Notes: a model not told the origin generated them from the letters alone. A stretch of 49,399 bases of DNA from Candidatus Liptonbacteria bacterium (GCA_016194445.1 JACQBP010000016.1:1-49399), one strand, 5' to 3'; counted from the stretch's first letter, positions 18,791 through 29,077 are shown. Made by a program: numbers and translations.

Positions 18791-18824
18791 GAGGCTCGGA
18801 TTCGTCCGAGCCTCGTTTCATTTT
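18791..18824. terminator. bidirectional terminator between convergent genes
   Basis: GAGGCTCGGA-TTCG-TCCGAGCCTC perfect 10-bp stem followed by GTTTCATTTT. Confidence 0.7.
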
Positions 18825-19398
18825 ACCCAAAAATCAATTTCCTAAAATCCTCTTTTACTTTCGGGTCAGCTTTCATTTGCGATAGCATCTTCAAAGACTC
18901 CCGATCGTAAAAAAGCATCTCCTCCGCCAAATTTAAAAACTCGTCAAAACTCACCCAAATATTTTCTATCTTTTCGCCCGGGTCTAAACGTGGCTCTTTT
19001 TCTTTCCGGCACTCACGAGCTAAAAACGTGTAAATCGTCCAGATCACTTTATTCAAAGGCGACTCCTCTCTCCACAAACTCCAATCCGCCGAAACATATC
19101 CTGCCTCTTCGAGTAGTTCTCGTTTGGCCGCCAAAAGAGGGTCTTCGTTTGGTTCGTCATCACACCTCCCGCCCGGCAGTGAATAATATGGTCTTATCTT
19201 ATCCGGCTGTTCTTGTTTTTGAACTAAAATTTTATCACCCGCCGTTGCGATGACTTGCGCCGTCGAGGGCCGCTTTACTCTTTCAAAAATTCCCGTGCTT
19301 CCGTCGTACAGTTTTTGCTCCCACTGCCACACCTCAAAAATCTGGCCTTTGAAAACCAACTTCGCATTCTCCGGCAGGGGATTCCGTTTCTTCTCCAT
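18823..19398 (-). CDS. NUDIX hydrolase
   Basis: Nudix box: LPGGRCDDEPNEDPLLAAKRELLEEAGY. Confidence 0.85.
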   Translation of the reverse strand: MEKKRNPLPENAKLVFKGQIFEVWQWEQKLYDGSTGIFERVKRPSTAQVIATAGDKILVQKQEQPDKIRPYYSLPGGRCDDEPNEDPLLAAKRELLEEAGYVSADWSLWREESPLNKVIWTIYTFLARECRKEKEPRLDPGEKIENIWVSFDEFLNLAEEMLFYDRESLKMLSQMKADPKVKEDFRKLIFG

Positions 19399-19510
19399 AA
19401 GTCTATAAGTTAACTTTAATAAATTTATACATTCGCGGCAAATTCTTTCAAATAAGAAAATGGCGCCAACTGTTAAGCTGGCGCCATCCGAACTTGTTTC
19501 GAAAGTTACC

Positions 19511-20020
19511 TCACACGAGCCGGAAACTGACCTTCAAAACCGAGGTCGCTGGCAACGCCTTGCACGCCTCGTATTCCTCTTCCGTGAGCTCGAGGGTGAA
19601 CCGATAAAACGGGCAAGGCGTGGGAGTAGGATGAATGCCGTCGCCACCACCAAAAGAAGACAACTCGAGCGTTCGTGAAACATACGCATGTTTCGCCGGC
19701 GGGATCATATTGCGAATCAGCGACAAGGATTCGGTTTTCTCGAGCGACTTAATCATTAAGTCGTCACTCTCGAGCGAACTCGTGTCCAGCCGGTTGTCTT
19801 TAAGCGGAATCTCGCGACTCTCGAACGAGCAAGCCAGCTTATACCCCGCCGCGTTGATCGTCCAGTTAATCCCGGGTTTATCCCAGGTGCGCTTGTCTAG
19901 CGTCAGCGATGATTGCTCGTTATGCCTTAATGGATCACCCGCCAAAAGGATTTGGTAGGGGACGTTGCTGACATTCTTGCCCCTGACTTCCTGAATCGTG
20001 AGCTCCTTCGTGATTTGCAC
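19511..20020 (-). CDS. hypothetical protein
   Basis: 169 aa. GTG start preceded by GGAGGA at 6 nt. No recognisable domain. Confidence 0.55.
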   Translation of the reverse strand: MQITKELTIQEVRGKNVSNVPYQILLAGDPLRHNEQSSLTLDKRTWDKPGINWTINAAGYKLACSFESREIPLKDNRLDTSSLESDDLMIKSLEKTESLSLIRNMIPPAKHAYVSRTLELSSFGGGDGIHPTPTPCPFYRFTLELTEEEYEACKALPATSVLKVSFRLV

Positions 20021-20099
20021 AGCAGTCCTCCTTTTTATGTTTTAAATTAACTAGGGTTTTCAGTTACCAAAAAGAATCTACCACAAACCCACTCAATAA

Positions 20100-20384
20100 T
20101 CAAGCGCGAAAATAAAATTTTGATCTTGTTCGCCAATACCCATCCTCTCCTTTTTCCATCAGCCACGCCTTGGTGGCTACCGCCTCAATCGGCAGTTTTG
20201 GCGCTACATCCGCCACTATGTCTTTTTGTAATTTTTCAAAAATCTCCACCTCAAGATTGTTGGCTAGAGTTGAATGCGGGTTAATTTTTGGATACTTGCC
20301 TTCAAATGGAGGCGTGCCAAAAGTCGCCGCGATCTTTTCGGTGAGCCGGACAAACATTGTGGCTAGAGGCGGGGTCGCACGCAA
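20100..20384 (-). pseudogene. C-terminal half of a 2H-phosphoesterase (LigT-like), 5'-truncated
   Basis: Only one H-x-T/S motif (PHSTLA) and about 90 aa, where about 180 aa with two motifs are expected. The upstream sequence is replaced by hairpin-rich DNA. Confidence 0.45.
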
Positions 20385-20504
20385 CCGAAAATATAGGAAT
20401 TACGGATGGCCGTAATTTGGCCATAGAAATAAAAAAATGACAGCTCTCGAAAATTAACTCCTCTTGGAGTTAATTTTAAGTTAGCCAAGGAATTTGCCGC
20501 CAAA

Positions 20505-20524
20505 CCTGCCTGCCGGCAGGCAGG
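20505..20524. repeat. 20-bp perfect palindrome CCTGCCTGCCGGCAGGCAGG (copy A)
   Basis: Read directly. Near-identical copies occur at 36404-36426 and 39775-39794. Confidence 0.85.
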
Positions 20525-20530
20525 GAAAAA

Positions 20531-21994
20531 CTTGAAATTGTCGCTTCCTTTCAGGAAGCCCAAACTGCCAAAGAACCTGGGCGAATGAAATTCGCAGAAA
20601 TGTTGTCATTTTTGGAATCAGGAAAAGCAGATGGGATTTTAAGTTGGAATCCGGATCGTCTCGCCCGAAATTCCATAGACGGAGGACAAATTATTTATCT
20701 GCTGGACACAGGAAAGATTAAAGATTTAAAGTTCCCGACTCACTGGTTTGAAAATACACCACAAGGAAAATTTATACTGAACATTGCCTTTGGGCAAAGC
20801 AAATATTACGTGGATAATCTTTCAGAAAATATCAAACGTGGACATAGAGCAAAACTTCGTAAAGGAATATGGCCTAGCTTTGCCCCACTTGGTTATGTGA
20901 ATAATCACAAAACACGAGATGTTGATCTTGATACTGAAAAAGCTCCGCTAGTCCGCAAAGGTTTTGAGTTATACGCAACGGGTAAATATACGCTCAAACA
21001 AATTGCTAAAGCGTTGAAAGACCTCGGACTGCGGAGCTACAAAGGCAATGTTCTGGCAGTTTCCTGTGTCCAGAGAATACTGAAAAGCACTTTCTACTAT
21101 GGAATTTTTGAATTCAAAGGCGAGACGTATCAGGGTTCGCACGAGCCATTAATTTCAAAGAAACTTTTTGACATATGCCAAGAGGTGATGAAATCTCGCG
21201 GACATATCAAAACACGCAAGGCAGAGAAAACTTCTCCATTTCGCGGACTTTTTACCTGCGGAGAGTGTAAATGTGCGATAACTGCCGAATTACAAAAAGG
21301 ACATAACTATTATCGTTGTACCAAGAAACGCGGAATGTGCTCACAAAAATATGTCCGCGAAGAAGTGTTGACCGAACAAGTGAAAAGTTTTCTTCAAAAA
21401 GTTTCTTTGCCGAGCCAAGACACCGAAAAAGTTTTGCGCGAACTGGATAAGGACGAACAGAAAGCAAGAGAGGACAGCAAGATGTTCGTGAAAAATCTTA
21501 AGAATGAGTTAGCTGATGTTGAGATGAAGTTAGACAAACTGCTTTCTGCTTTTCTTGATGAAGTAATTACGTCCGAAGAATATGCCGCGCAAAAACAAAA
21601 AATGCTCGACCAAAGAGTAGAGCTAAAAGAGAAAATCAGAGAAATTGAAAACAAAGGCGTGTCTTGGCTCGAACCGGCTCGTGCGTGGGTTAAATCCTTG
21701 AATCAAGCGGAGAAATTGCTGGAGAGTGGGGATAAATCGGAAATGACAACATTTCTAAAACAAATCGGCTCGAACCATATTTTGATTGATAAATCCTTTT
21801 CCTTTTCGCCAAAAAAGCCCTTTCAAATCCTATGCGAGCGGCGCGGAACGCGCCGCGAGGTGGCTTCTGCAAACTTGCATTTTCCCAACTGGCGGAGGCG
21901 GAAGGATTCGAACCTTCGAGGGGATTTCTCCCCTAACATCTTAGCAGGATGCTGCCTTCAGCCGCTCGGCCACGCCTCCAAATTTACAAACTAA
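20531..21994 (+). pseudogene. large serine recombinase, N-terminally truncated (catalytic Ser region missing)
   Basis: Homologous to the 45305 copy from ...LEIVASFQEAQTAKEPGRMKFAEML onward, with the recombinase domain, a CxxC..C zinc ribbon and a coiled coil. The YARKST catalytic segment is absent. The ORF tail runs antisense through tRNA-Ser. Confidence 0.8.
21890..21979 (-). tRNA. tRNA-Ser (anticodon GCU), CCA encoded
   Basis: Hand-folded reverse complement. Acceptor GGAGGCG, anticodon loop CTGCTAA, 18-nt variable arm, T-arm GAAGG-TTCGAAT-CCTTC. 90 nt. Confidence 0.9.
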
Positions 21995-22126
21995 GAATAC
22001 AGAAAATCCTTGTTTTTATCAACCTTTTCTGCTAACTTATAGCTACATTAATGGCTCCCATATTATTCGCTGTTAATTTGTATATTTGTAAGTCATTTGT
22101 ATTCTGTAGCTTAAATAGCTTTATTT

Positions 22127-23719
22127 ATGAACCAATCAAACGAAACCAAAAATTCGACCTCCAGACCACCCGTTGTGGTGGTCATGGGCCACGTTGACCA
22201 CGGCAAAACCACCTTGCTGGATTATATTCGCAAATCGAACGTGGCGGGCAAAGAAGCCGGCGGCATCACCCAATCCATCGGTGCCTATGAAATCGAGCAT
22301 ACTCCCCATCGAGAACCTAAAACCCCGAACCTAAAACCTAGAAAAATCACTTTCATCGACACCCCCGGCCACGAAGCTTTTACCAAAATGCGCTCCCGCG
22401 GCGCCTCGGTCGCTGACCTCGCCATCCTCGTGGTCGCCGCCGAAGAAGGGCTGAAGCCTCAAACCAAAGAAGTCATCAAAATTTTGAGCGAAACCAAAAC
22501 TCCGTTTGTGGTTGCCATTAACAAAATCGACAAACCCGAAGCCAACCTCGACAAAGTCAAAAACGAATTGACCGCCGAAGGCGTTCTCCTCGAAGGCTAC
22601 GGCGGGCACGTGAGCTTCGAACCCATCTCGGCCAAAACCGGCCAAAATGTGAACGAACTTTTGGATTTAATTCTTCTCGCCACCGATTACGAAAATCTAA
22701 CCTATGACGCGTCATATCAAGCGAGCGGATTTATTCTCGAAGCCAAAGTGGATCCACGCCGCGGCCTTGAAGTCACCGCCATCGTCAAAAACGGCGTCTT
22801 GAAACAAGGCGATGATATTGTGACCGCGAGTGCCAAAGGCAAAGTCAAAATCTTAGAAAACTTTTTGGGCGAAAAAGCTAGTACACTCGAACCCTCCTCG
22901 CCCGCACTCATTATCGGCTTTGAAAATCTTCCCCAAGTCGGCGAAGCCTTCACCGCCGGCAAAAATGTTTCGACCGACTCGGTCAACAAAATTGCGGCGG
23001 TCGCCAATCGCGGCATCACTCAAGCTTCGGCTCAAGACGAAACCGCCATCAAATTTTTAGTCAAAGCCGCCGACTCCGGTTCGCTCGAAGCTCTCTTGGC
23101 CATTATGAAATCTCTGCCTTGCGAAAAACCGGTTTTGATTCTCGATGAATCGGTGGGCGACATCGGCGACAACGACATCAAAAACGCCGCCGCCTCGCGC
23201 GCCATCATCGTCGGCTTCAAAAGCAAAGTTTCCAAATCCAGCAAAAATTTAGCCGACATCCAAAAAGTGAGAATCTTAACCAACGACATTGTTTATCATT
23301 TAATCAAAGACGTGGAGATGATTCTTATGAAACCCGAAGCCGCCGCGGTCACCGGCCGACTCGAAGTCTTGGCCGTCTTCAATCAAACCAAACTTCAAAA
23401 GCAGTTAGTTGGCGGCAAAGTTTTGGACGGGGTTATAAAAAACCGCGCCAATATTGAAATCCATCGCGTCACTCCACCCGCGCCAGACTTGCCCGCCGAC
23501 CTGTCCGCCAAAGCCTTGGCGTCGGCGGAAGCTTCAGCGAAGGAGGGTGCGACATCCAAGGCGCCCGACACCGACCCGCACCTCGTCGGCCACGGCAAAA
23601 TCTTGAGTCTCCAAGCCGGCAAACTCGAAGTCAACCAAGTCGAAGCCGGCAAAGAGTGCGGCTTCATCGTGAATTCATCGATGGCCATCCAAAAAGGGGA
23701 TCAGGTTGTAATAAAATAG
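22127..23719 (+). CDS. infB: translation initiation factor IF-2 (short form)
   Basis: [18 protein letters not shown]1 motif, DTPGH and NKID. Confidence 0.9.
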   Translation: MNQSNETKNSTSRPPVVVVMGHVDHGKTTLLDYIRKSNVAGKEAGGITQSIGAYEIEHTPHREPKTPNLKPRKITFIDTPGHEAFTKMRSRGASVADLAILVVAAEEGLKPQTKEVIKILSETKTPFVVAINKIDKPEANLDKVKNELTAEGVLLEGYGGHVSFEPISAKTGQNVNELLDLILLATDYENLTYDASYQASGFILEAKVDPRRGLEVTAIVKNGVLKQGDDIVTASAKGKVKILENFLGEKASTLEPSSPALIIGFENLPQVGEAFTAGKNVSTDSVNKIAAVANRGITQASAQDETAIKFLVKAADSGSLEALLAIMKSLPCEKPVLILDESVGDIGDNDIKNAAASRAIIVGFKSKVSKSSKNLADIQKVRILTNDIVYHLIKDVEMILMKPEAAAVTGRLEVLAVFNQTKLQKQLVGGKVLDGVIKNRANIEIHRVTPPAPDLPADLSAKALASAEASAKEGATSKAPDTDPHLVGHGKILSLQAGKLEVNQVEAGKECGFIVNSSMAIQKGDQVVIK

Positions 23720-23793
23720 CTTTTCTCTTAGACTAGGGTTTGGAAACAGCTCTATTGATAACTGAAAACGCAGTAAAACGCATAGGAGGAAAG

Positions 23794-25185
23794 ATGAGTA
23801 CTCGTACCGAAACCGACTCTATGGGTTCTATTGAGGTTGAGGCTGACCGTTATTGGGGCGCCCAAACCGAGCGCTCGCGACAGAATTTCAAAATCGGCGG
23901 TGAAAGATTCCCTCGCGAACTCATCCGCGCCCTCGGCATCCTTAAAAAAGCGGCGGCGCTTACGAACTTGGAACTAGGAATCTTGCCGGCAGAAAAGGCC
24001 AGCCTGATTGTCCGCGCCGCCGCCGATGTCATCGCCGGCACGCTCGATGATCATTTTCCTCTCGTCATCTGGCAGACCGGCTCCGGCACCCAGACCAACA
24101 TGAATGCCAACGAGGTCATATCCAACCGCGCCATCGAACTGGCCGGCGGCGTCCAGGGCTCGAAAAAACCGATTCACCCCAACGATGATGTAAACCTTGG
24201 TCAATCTTCCAACGACGCTTTCCCGAGCGCCATGCACATCGCCGCTGTCGAGACAATCCATCGACGACTTTTGCCGATGCTCCGTCGGCTCACCGCAACA
24301 CTCCAAAGAAAGTCAGACGCATTCCAAAGCATCGTCAAAGTTGGCCGCACTCATCTTATGGACGCGGTACCTTTGACCTTAGGGCAGGAATTCTCCGGCT
24401 ATGTTGCGCAGCTTGAAGGCGATAATCAGCGCATCGTTTTAAACCTGCCTAATCTTTACCAACTTGCTCTTGGAGGCACTGCGGTTGGTACTGGCCTAAA
24501 CACCCATCCCGATTTTGCCGCCAAATCCGCCAAGCAAATCTCGCAGCTAACCGGTCTGCAGTTTGTAACCGCGCCCAACAAGTTCGAAGCGCTGGCGTCA
24601 CATGGCGCACTTGTCTCCGTTCACGGCACGCTCAAGACTCTGGCTTGTTCTCTCATGAAGATCGCCAACGATGTTCGTTGGCTTACGTCCGGTCCGCGTT
24701 GCGGCTTGGGTGAAATCGCGATTCCAGAAAACGAACCTGGCAGTTCGATTATGCCGGGCAAGGTGAATCCCACCCAGTGCGAAGCGATGATGATGGTTTG
24801 TATGCAAGTTCTCGCCAACGACGTCGCTGTCAACATCGGCGGCGCCTCCGGCAACTTCGAACTGAATGTGAGCAGGCCGATGATCATCCATAACTTTCTC
24901 CAGTCGGTGCGTCTCTTGGCCGACGCCTGCGAGTCCTTCGACACCCACTGCGTAAGCGGCATCGAGCCTAACCACGCCAACATCGACCGCTATCTGCAAA
25001 ACTCTCTCATGCTCGTCACCGCCTTGAACCCTCACATCAGCTACGACAACGCCGCAAAAGTCGCCAAGAAAGCTCACACGGAAAACACGACCTTGCGTGA
25101 AGCGACTATTGCTCTGGGGTTTCTAACCGGTGAACAGTTCGACCAGATCGTCCGGCCCGAAGATATGATCCGGCCGAACCTCTGA
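23794..25185 (+). CDS. fumC: class II fumarate hydratase
   Basis: [10 protein letters not shown]-terminus and the [16 protein letters not shown] signature. ATG 23794 is preceded by GGAGGA. Confidence 0.9.
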   Translation: MSTRTETDSMGSIEVEADRYWGAQTERSRQNFKIGGERFPRELIRALGILKKAAALTNLELGILPAEKASLIVRAAADVIAGTLDDHFPLVIWQTGSGTQTNMNANEVISNRAIELAGGVQGSKKPIHPNDDVNLGQSSNDAFPSAMHIAAVETIHRRLLPMLRRLTATLQRKSDAFQSIVKVGRTHLMDAVPLTLGQEFSGYVAQLEGDNQRIVLNLPNLYQLALGGTAVGTGLNTHPDFAAKSAKQISQLTGLQFVTAPNKFEALASHGALVSVHGTLKTLACSLMKIANDVRWLTSGPRCGLGEIAIPENEPGSSIMPGKVNPTQCEAMMMVCMQVLANDVAVNIGGASGNFELNVSRPMIIHNFLQSVRLLADACESFDTHCVSGIEPNHANIDRYLQNSLMLVTALNPHISYDNAAKVAKKAHTENTTLREATIALGFLTGEQFDQIVRPEDMIRPNL

Positions 25186-25204
25186 AAACTCAAAACACAT
25201 CCCG

Positions 25205-25241
25205 CCCTCGCTCGAGATTCTCGAGCGAGGGCTTCCATTTT
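25205..25241 (+). terminator. terminator after fumC
   Basis: CCCTCGCTCGA / TCGAGCGAGGG 11-bp stem with a weak T-tract. Confidence 0.55.
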
Positions 25242-25368
25242 ATCAAGCCCATTATTCCTTTCTCATAATTCATTATTCTAATCCTATGAACTACCGCCAA
25301 GAACGCCTCACTAAACCCTTATATCCCTAATTCGCACGAATAAGAGAATAGTGTATAATACTTAAGTA

Positions 25369-25629
25369 ATGAAAGAGTTAGAAAAATCTCTGAAAGCTTT
25401 GGCTAACCGCCGCCGGTTGGCTATTCTTAAACACCTTAAAAGAAACAAAGAGGCTTCAGTAGGGGAGATTGCGGCCGAAATTCGCCTCTCGTTCAAATCA
25501 ACCTCAAGACACCTTGCTGTTCTAGCTTCGGCCGACATCGTCGAAAAAGATCAAAGAAGTCTTCAGGTATTTTACCGCCTCGCTTCTAGTGTTCCCGCAT
25601 CTGTTCGCAGCATCCTAACTATTCTCTAA
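25369..25629 (+). CDS. ArsR-family transcriptional regulator (small, 86 aa)
   Basis: LKALANRRRLAILKHL..SVGEIAAEIRLSFKSTSRHLAVLASADIV is a winged HTH. Confidence 0.8.
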   Translation: MKELEKSLKALANRRRLAILKHLKRNKEASVGEIAAEIRLSFKSTSRHLAVLASADIVEKDQRSLQVFYRLASSVPASVRSILTIL

Positions 25630-25685
25630 TTCGTGAGAATTAGAGAATAGTTGTGGCGAACCACCCAATCACCCCACCGCTTTTT

Positions 25686-26018
25686 ATGAAGTATAGAAAT
25701 CTTCGCCTCACTAAACTTTTTGAAACCGAACTCTCAAAAATCATCGAGAGAGAGCTAGAGTTTCCCGGTGCCATTGTAACTATCACAAGTGTAGAGTTTT
25801 CTGATAAGCTTGAACATGCCAATATCGGTTTTAGCGTTTTCCCATCTGAAAAAGCCACCGAGAGCTTAAAAACTTTAAACGAAAACAAATTTGAACTTCG
25901 CAAACTCCTCGGCAAAAAAGTGTTAATGAAAACAATGCCCCAGATTGACTTCAAAATCGACCACGGCCCCGAAAACGCGGCGATAGTTGAAAAACTCCTG
26001 CTAGAAGAAGATAAGTAA
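25686..26018 (+). CDS. rbfA: ribosome-binding factor A
   Basis: RLTKLFETELSKIIERELEFPGAIVTITSVEFSDKLEHANIGFSVFP. Start uncertain (ATG 25686 or GTG 25653). Confidence 0.8.
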   Translation: MKYRNLRLTKLFETELSKIIERELEFPGAIVTITSVEFSDKLEHANIGFSVFPSEKATESLKTLNENKFELRKLLGKKVLMKTMPQIDFKIDHGPENAAIVEKLLLEEDK

Positions 26019-26022
26019 ATTG

Positions 26023-26094
26023 AGGCCTGGGCGGGAATCGAACCCGCGTGTAAGGGTTTTGCAGACCCTTGCCTTACCACTTGGCTACCAGGCC
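26023..26094 (-). tRNA. tRNA-Cys (anticodon GCA)
   Basis: Reverse complement GGCCTGG...AGGGT-CTGCAAA-ACCCT...GCGGG-TTCGATT-CCCGC-CCAGGCC-T. CCA is not encoded. Confidence 0.9.
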
Positions 26095-26191
26095 AACGCG
26101 CTTCCACATCATTATTACCATCAATTCATATTTTTTCAACCCCAAATCAGAAACTTTACATTTTGAGGTTTTAACTTTAAATTTCTTATAC

Positions 26192-26274
26192 GCCCGGGTG
26201 GCGGAATGGTATACGCGCAACACTTAAAATGTTGTGATCGCAAGGTCATGTGGGTCCGACTCCCACCCCGGGCA
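26192..26274 (+). tRNA. tRNA-Leu (anticodon UAA)
   Basis: Acceptor GCCCGGG/CCCGGGC, anticodon loop CTTAAAA, long variable arm, T-arm GTGGG-TCCGACT-CCCAC. Confidence 0.9.
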
Positions 26275-26300
26275 CACCGCAATTTATTTTAAAAACCCTT

Positions 26301-26837
26301 ATGTCTCTATCTCGAAAAAAAATCCATAAAAAGCCACCTCGGAACGACTCTCTCCTCTCCTCGGCCTTGCTCACGCAAGCTGCCGCGGCCATTACCAAGC
26401 GATTCAAAATCAACCACTCTTTCGACATTCCCTATCTCGCCGGCTATAGCCGCAATGGCAAAACCATCTACCTCGACCGCGATCTGCCTAGATATTTTTC
26501 CATCGGCCGCCGCCGCGCCCTCATCGGCTCCTATCTCATTCTCCACGAAGCGGTGGAAAAAACTTTCTTAGACCAATTCAACCTTAAATACGAGCACGCT
26601 CACCAATTCGCCCTTCAGATCGAAAAAGCCGCCGTCACCTCCGCCGACATCCCTTGGGGCGCCTACGATCGCTTCATGCAAAAACAAATCCAAATGGCCG
26701 GCCAAAAAAAATCACTCAAGCTTCCCCGCGATCTAGACCTCACGCCCTATCTTAGCCCTTGGCATCAAGACCAAAAAGATCTCTCCATCCTCGCTCTAGT
26801 GCAAAAAACTTTAGCCAAACAGAGGCAAAAAGCTTAA
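26301..26837 (+). CDS. hypothetical protein
   Basis: ATG 26301 (MSLSRKKIHKK...) is preferred. The upstream part of the track ORF overlaps tRNA-Leu. Confidence 0.55.
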   Translation: MSLSRKKIHKKPPRNDSLLSSALLTQAAAAITKRFKINHSFDIPYLAGYSRNGKTIYLDRDLPRYFSIGRRRALIGSYLILHEAVEKTFLDQFNLKYEHAHQFALQIEKAAVTSADIPWGAYDRFMQKQIQMAGQKKSLKLPRDLDLTPYLSPWHQDQKDLSILALVQKTLAKQRQKA

Positions 26838-26982
26838 CCCCCATCAATTTGCGCTTTCTAGAATCTTTGATAGAATTCCCCAAAAGGTCGCATTTCCATT
26901 TCTAATCAAAAATAAGTCGAAAAATTCACCCTCCCAACTTTTGCCGAACAGAATTTAGGAGGTTAAACAAGAAACATTAAAA

Positions 26983-28116
26983 ATGTCAAAAACAGTTAAA
27001 ATCGTTATTTGGTTAGTTGTTATAGTCATCGTGATTGCGATCGGCGCCTCGCTCTCTAAAAAAGGAAGCAACCCTGACACCGGCACCGGCCCAATCAAAA
27101 TTGGTTTCATTGGTCCTCTAACCGGGGACACCGCTGGTATCGGTGAAAACGTCCGCGCCGCCGTTGAAGTGGCTCGTGACGAAATCAATGCCGCGGGTGG
27201 AGTTAATAAGAGGCAAGTTGAAGTGATCTTCGAAGATGGTCAGTGTGATCCTAAGGCGGCGGCGAACGCCGGCAACAAACTCGTGAGCGTTGATAAAGTC
27301 GTTGCGATCATCGGCGGTCTTTGTTCTTCCGAAACTTTAGCTGTCGCTCCGATTGCCGAGCAGGCGAAGGTTCCTTTAATTTCCGACGCCTCGACTAACC
27401 CCAAGATCACCGATGCTGGTGATTATATCTTCCGCTTCGTTCCCTCTGATCTATTCCAGGGCAAGTTCGACGCTGAATATATCATGAACACTATGAAGAA
27501 AAGCAAAGTTGGTATTCTTTACTGCCTTAGTGATTGGTGCACCGGTATCAAAGATGTTTTCAAGCAAAATTTTGCTAGCAGCGGGACAGTTGTTGACGAA
27601 GAGGGTTATCAACAAGACGCTCGCGACCTTCGTTCCCAGATCACCAAAATCAAAGCCGCCAAGCCCGACGTTATCTACTTCCTTGGCTACTCCGAAGCCA
27701 GCATCGTTGGCTTGAAACAACTCCAAGAACTCGGCGTTAAAACTCCAATTTTCGGTGGCGACGCTTGGGATGATGTGAAAATCGCCGAAGGCGCCGGCAA
27801 AGCCGCCAATGGCGCGATGTTCTCCGTCACTGCTTCTAGTAAGTATCCACAGAGCTTTATCGATGCTATGACAGTGAAAAAAGCCGACAAAGAACTCAAT
27901 AACTACAGTGGTCGCGGATATGACATCTTAAAAGTCCTCGCTGACATTATAGGTCGTGTCGGTGTCGATAGTACGAAAATCAAAGACGAACTCTATAAAG
28001 TGAAAGACTACCAAGGTATTGGCGATACCTATACCTTAGATGCGAAAGGTGATCTTGCTACCGCTAACTATTCTGTGAAGAAATTCCAAGACAGCAAAAT
28101 CGTCTTAGTTCAGTAG
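26983..28116 (+). CDS. livJ: branched-chain amino acid ABC transporter substrate-binding protein
   Basis: 377 aa with a signal anchor and the IKIGFIGPLTGDTAGIGE motif of the LivJ/K periplasmic-binding family. Confidence 0.85.
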   Translation: MSKTVKIVIWLVVIVIVIAIGASLSKKGSNPDTGTGPIKIGFIGPLTGDTAGIGENVRAAVEVARDEINAAGGVNKRQVEVIFEDGQCDPKAAANAGNKLVSVDKVVAIIGGLCSSETLAVAPIAEQAKVPLISDASTNPKITDAGDYIFRFVPSDLFQGKFDAEYIMNTMKKSKVGILYCLSDWCTGIKDVFKQNFASSGTVVDEEGYQQDARDLRSQITKIKAAKPDVIYFLGYSEASIVGLKQLQELGVKTPIFGGDAWDDVKIAEGAGKAANGAMFSVTASSKYPQSFIDAMTVKKADKELNNYSGRGYDILKVLADIIGRVGVDSTKIKDELYKVKDYQGIGDTYTLDAKGDLATANYSVKKFQDSKIVLVQ

Positions 28117-28134
28117 GTTTTATTAAGCTAAAAC

Positions 28135-28173
28135 AAAAATCGCCCCAGCTTCCGCTTTGGGCGATTTTTGTTT
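28135..28173 (+). terminator. terminator/attenuator hairpin after livJ
   Basis: AAAAATCGCCC / GGGCGATTTTT stem followed by a T-run. Confidence 0.5.
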
Positions 28174-28204
28174 ATTCTAATCTTATTAGTCCTAACCCTG
28201 GTGA

Positions 28205-29077
28205 ATGAACATTATTCCTCAAATCGTTGCCAATAGCTTAATCGCCGGCTCGATCTACGCCTTAATTGCGCTCGGGTTTAACTTAGTTTACGGCGCCACC
28301 CGTTTTGTGAATATGGTACCCGGCGCTTTAGCGGCCATCGGCGGCTACACCGTTTTCTTCCTTTTTAATCGTCTTGGTCTGAATATTTATTTTAGTGTTA
28401 TCGCCGGCGTTGTCGTCGCCGGTTTTTTTGGCTATCTTTCCGATCGATTAGTTTTTAGAAAACTAAGAAGTCATAAAGCTTCTAATCTCGTCTCTTTCGT
28501 TGCTTCATTAGGCATCTTCACCATGCTCCAAGCGCTCATCTCTATCCTCTTTACTTCACAGTTCCAGAGTGTCCTTTCTGTCACCGAGAATCCTAAGACT
28601 TATCAAATCTTGGGCGCCACCTTCACTTGGGTCCAAGGATTAATTTTTATCACCTCCATCGCCGCTTTTGTTAGCCTCGCTCTGATTCTTAAGAAAACCA
28701 GTTTTGGCAAAGCCGTTCGGGCGGTGAGCGACGACGAAGAAGTTTCAAAAATTATCGGCATCAACACCAACCGCCTTATCTCTTGGATATTTTTCATCGG
28801 CTCATGCCTAATTGGGCTTTCAGGAATTTTCATCGGTTTTGATATTGGCATCAATCCCACTATGGGCCTTTTTATTATCTTGGAAGGCGCCACTGCTTCG
28901 ATTATTGGTGGCATCGGTAATGTCTACGGCGGTTTCTTAGGCGCTTTTCTGCTTGGTTTCGTGGAAAATTTTGGCATTCTGAAAATTCCTGGCGAATGGA
29001 AACCGGCTATCGCCTTTGGCCTCCTAATTCTGTTTTTGATTTTCAAACCCGAAGGCATTATGAACAAGAAAAAATAA
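28205..29077 (+). CDS. livH: branched-chain amino acid ABC permease LivH
   Basis: 290 aa, multi-TM, with the typical LivH N-terminus QIVANSLIAGSIYALIALGFNLVYG. Confidence 0.9.
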   Translation: MNIIPQIVANSLIAGSIYALIALGFNLVYGATRFVNMVPGALAAIGGYTVFFLFNRLGLNIYFSVIAGVVVAGFFGYLSDRLVFRKLRSHKASNLVSFVASLGIFTMLQALISILFTSQFQSVLSVTENPKTYQILGATFTWVQGLIFITSIAAFVSLALILKKTSFGKAVRAVSDDEEVSKIIGINTNRLISWIFFIGSCLIGLSGIFIGFDIGINPTMGLFIILEGATASIIGGIGNVYGGFLGAFLLGFVENFGILKIPGEWKPAIAFGLLILFLIFKPEGIMNKKK

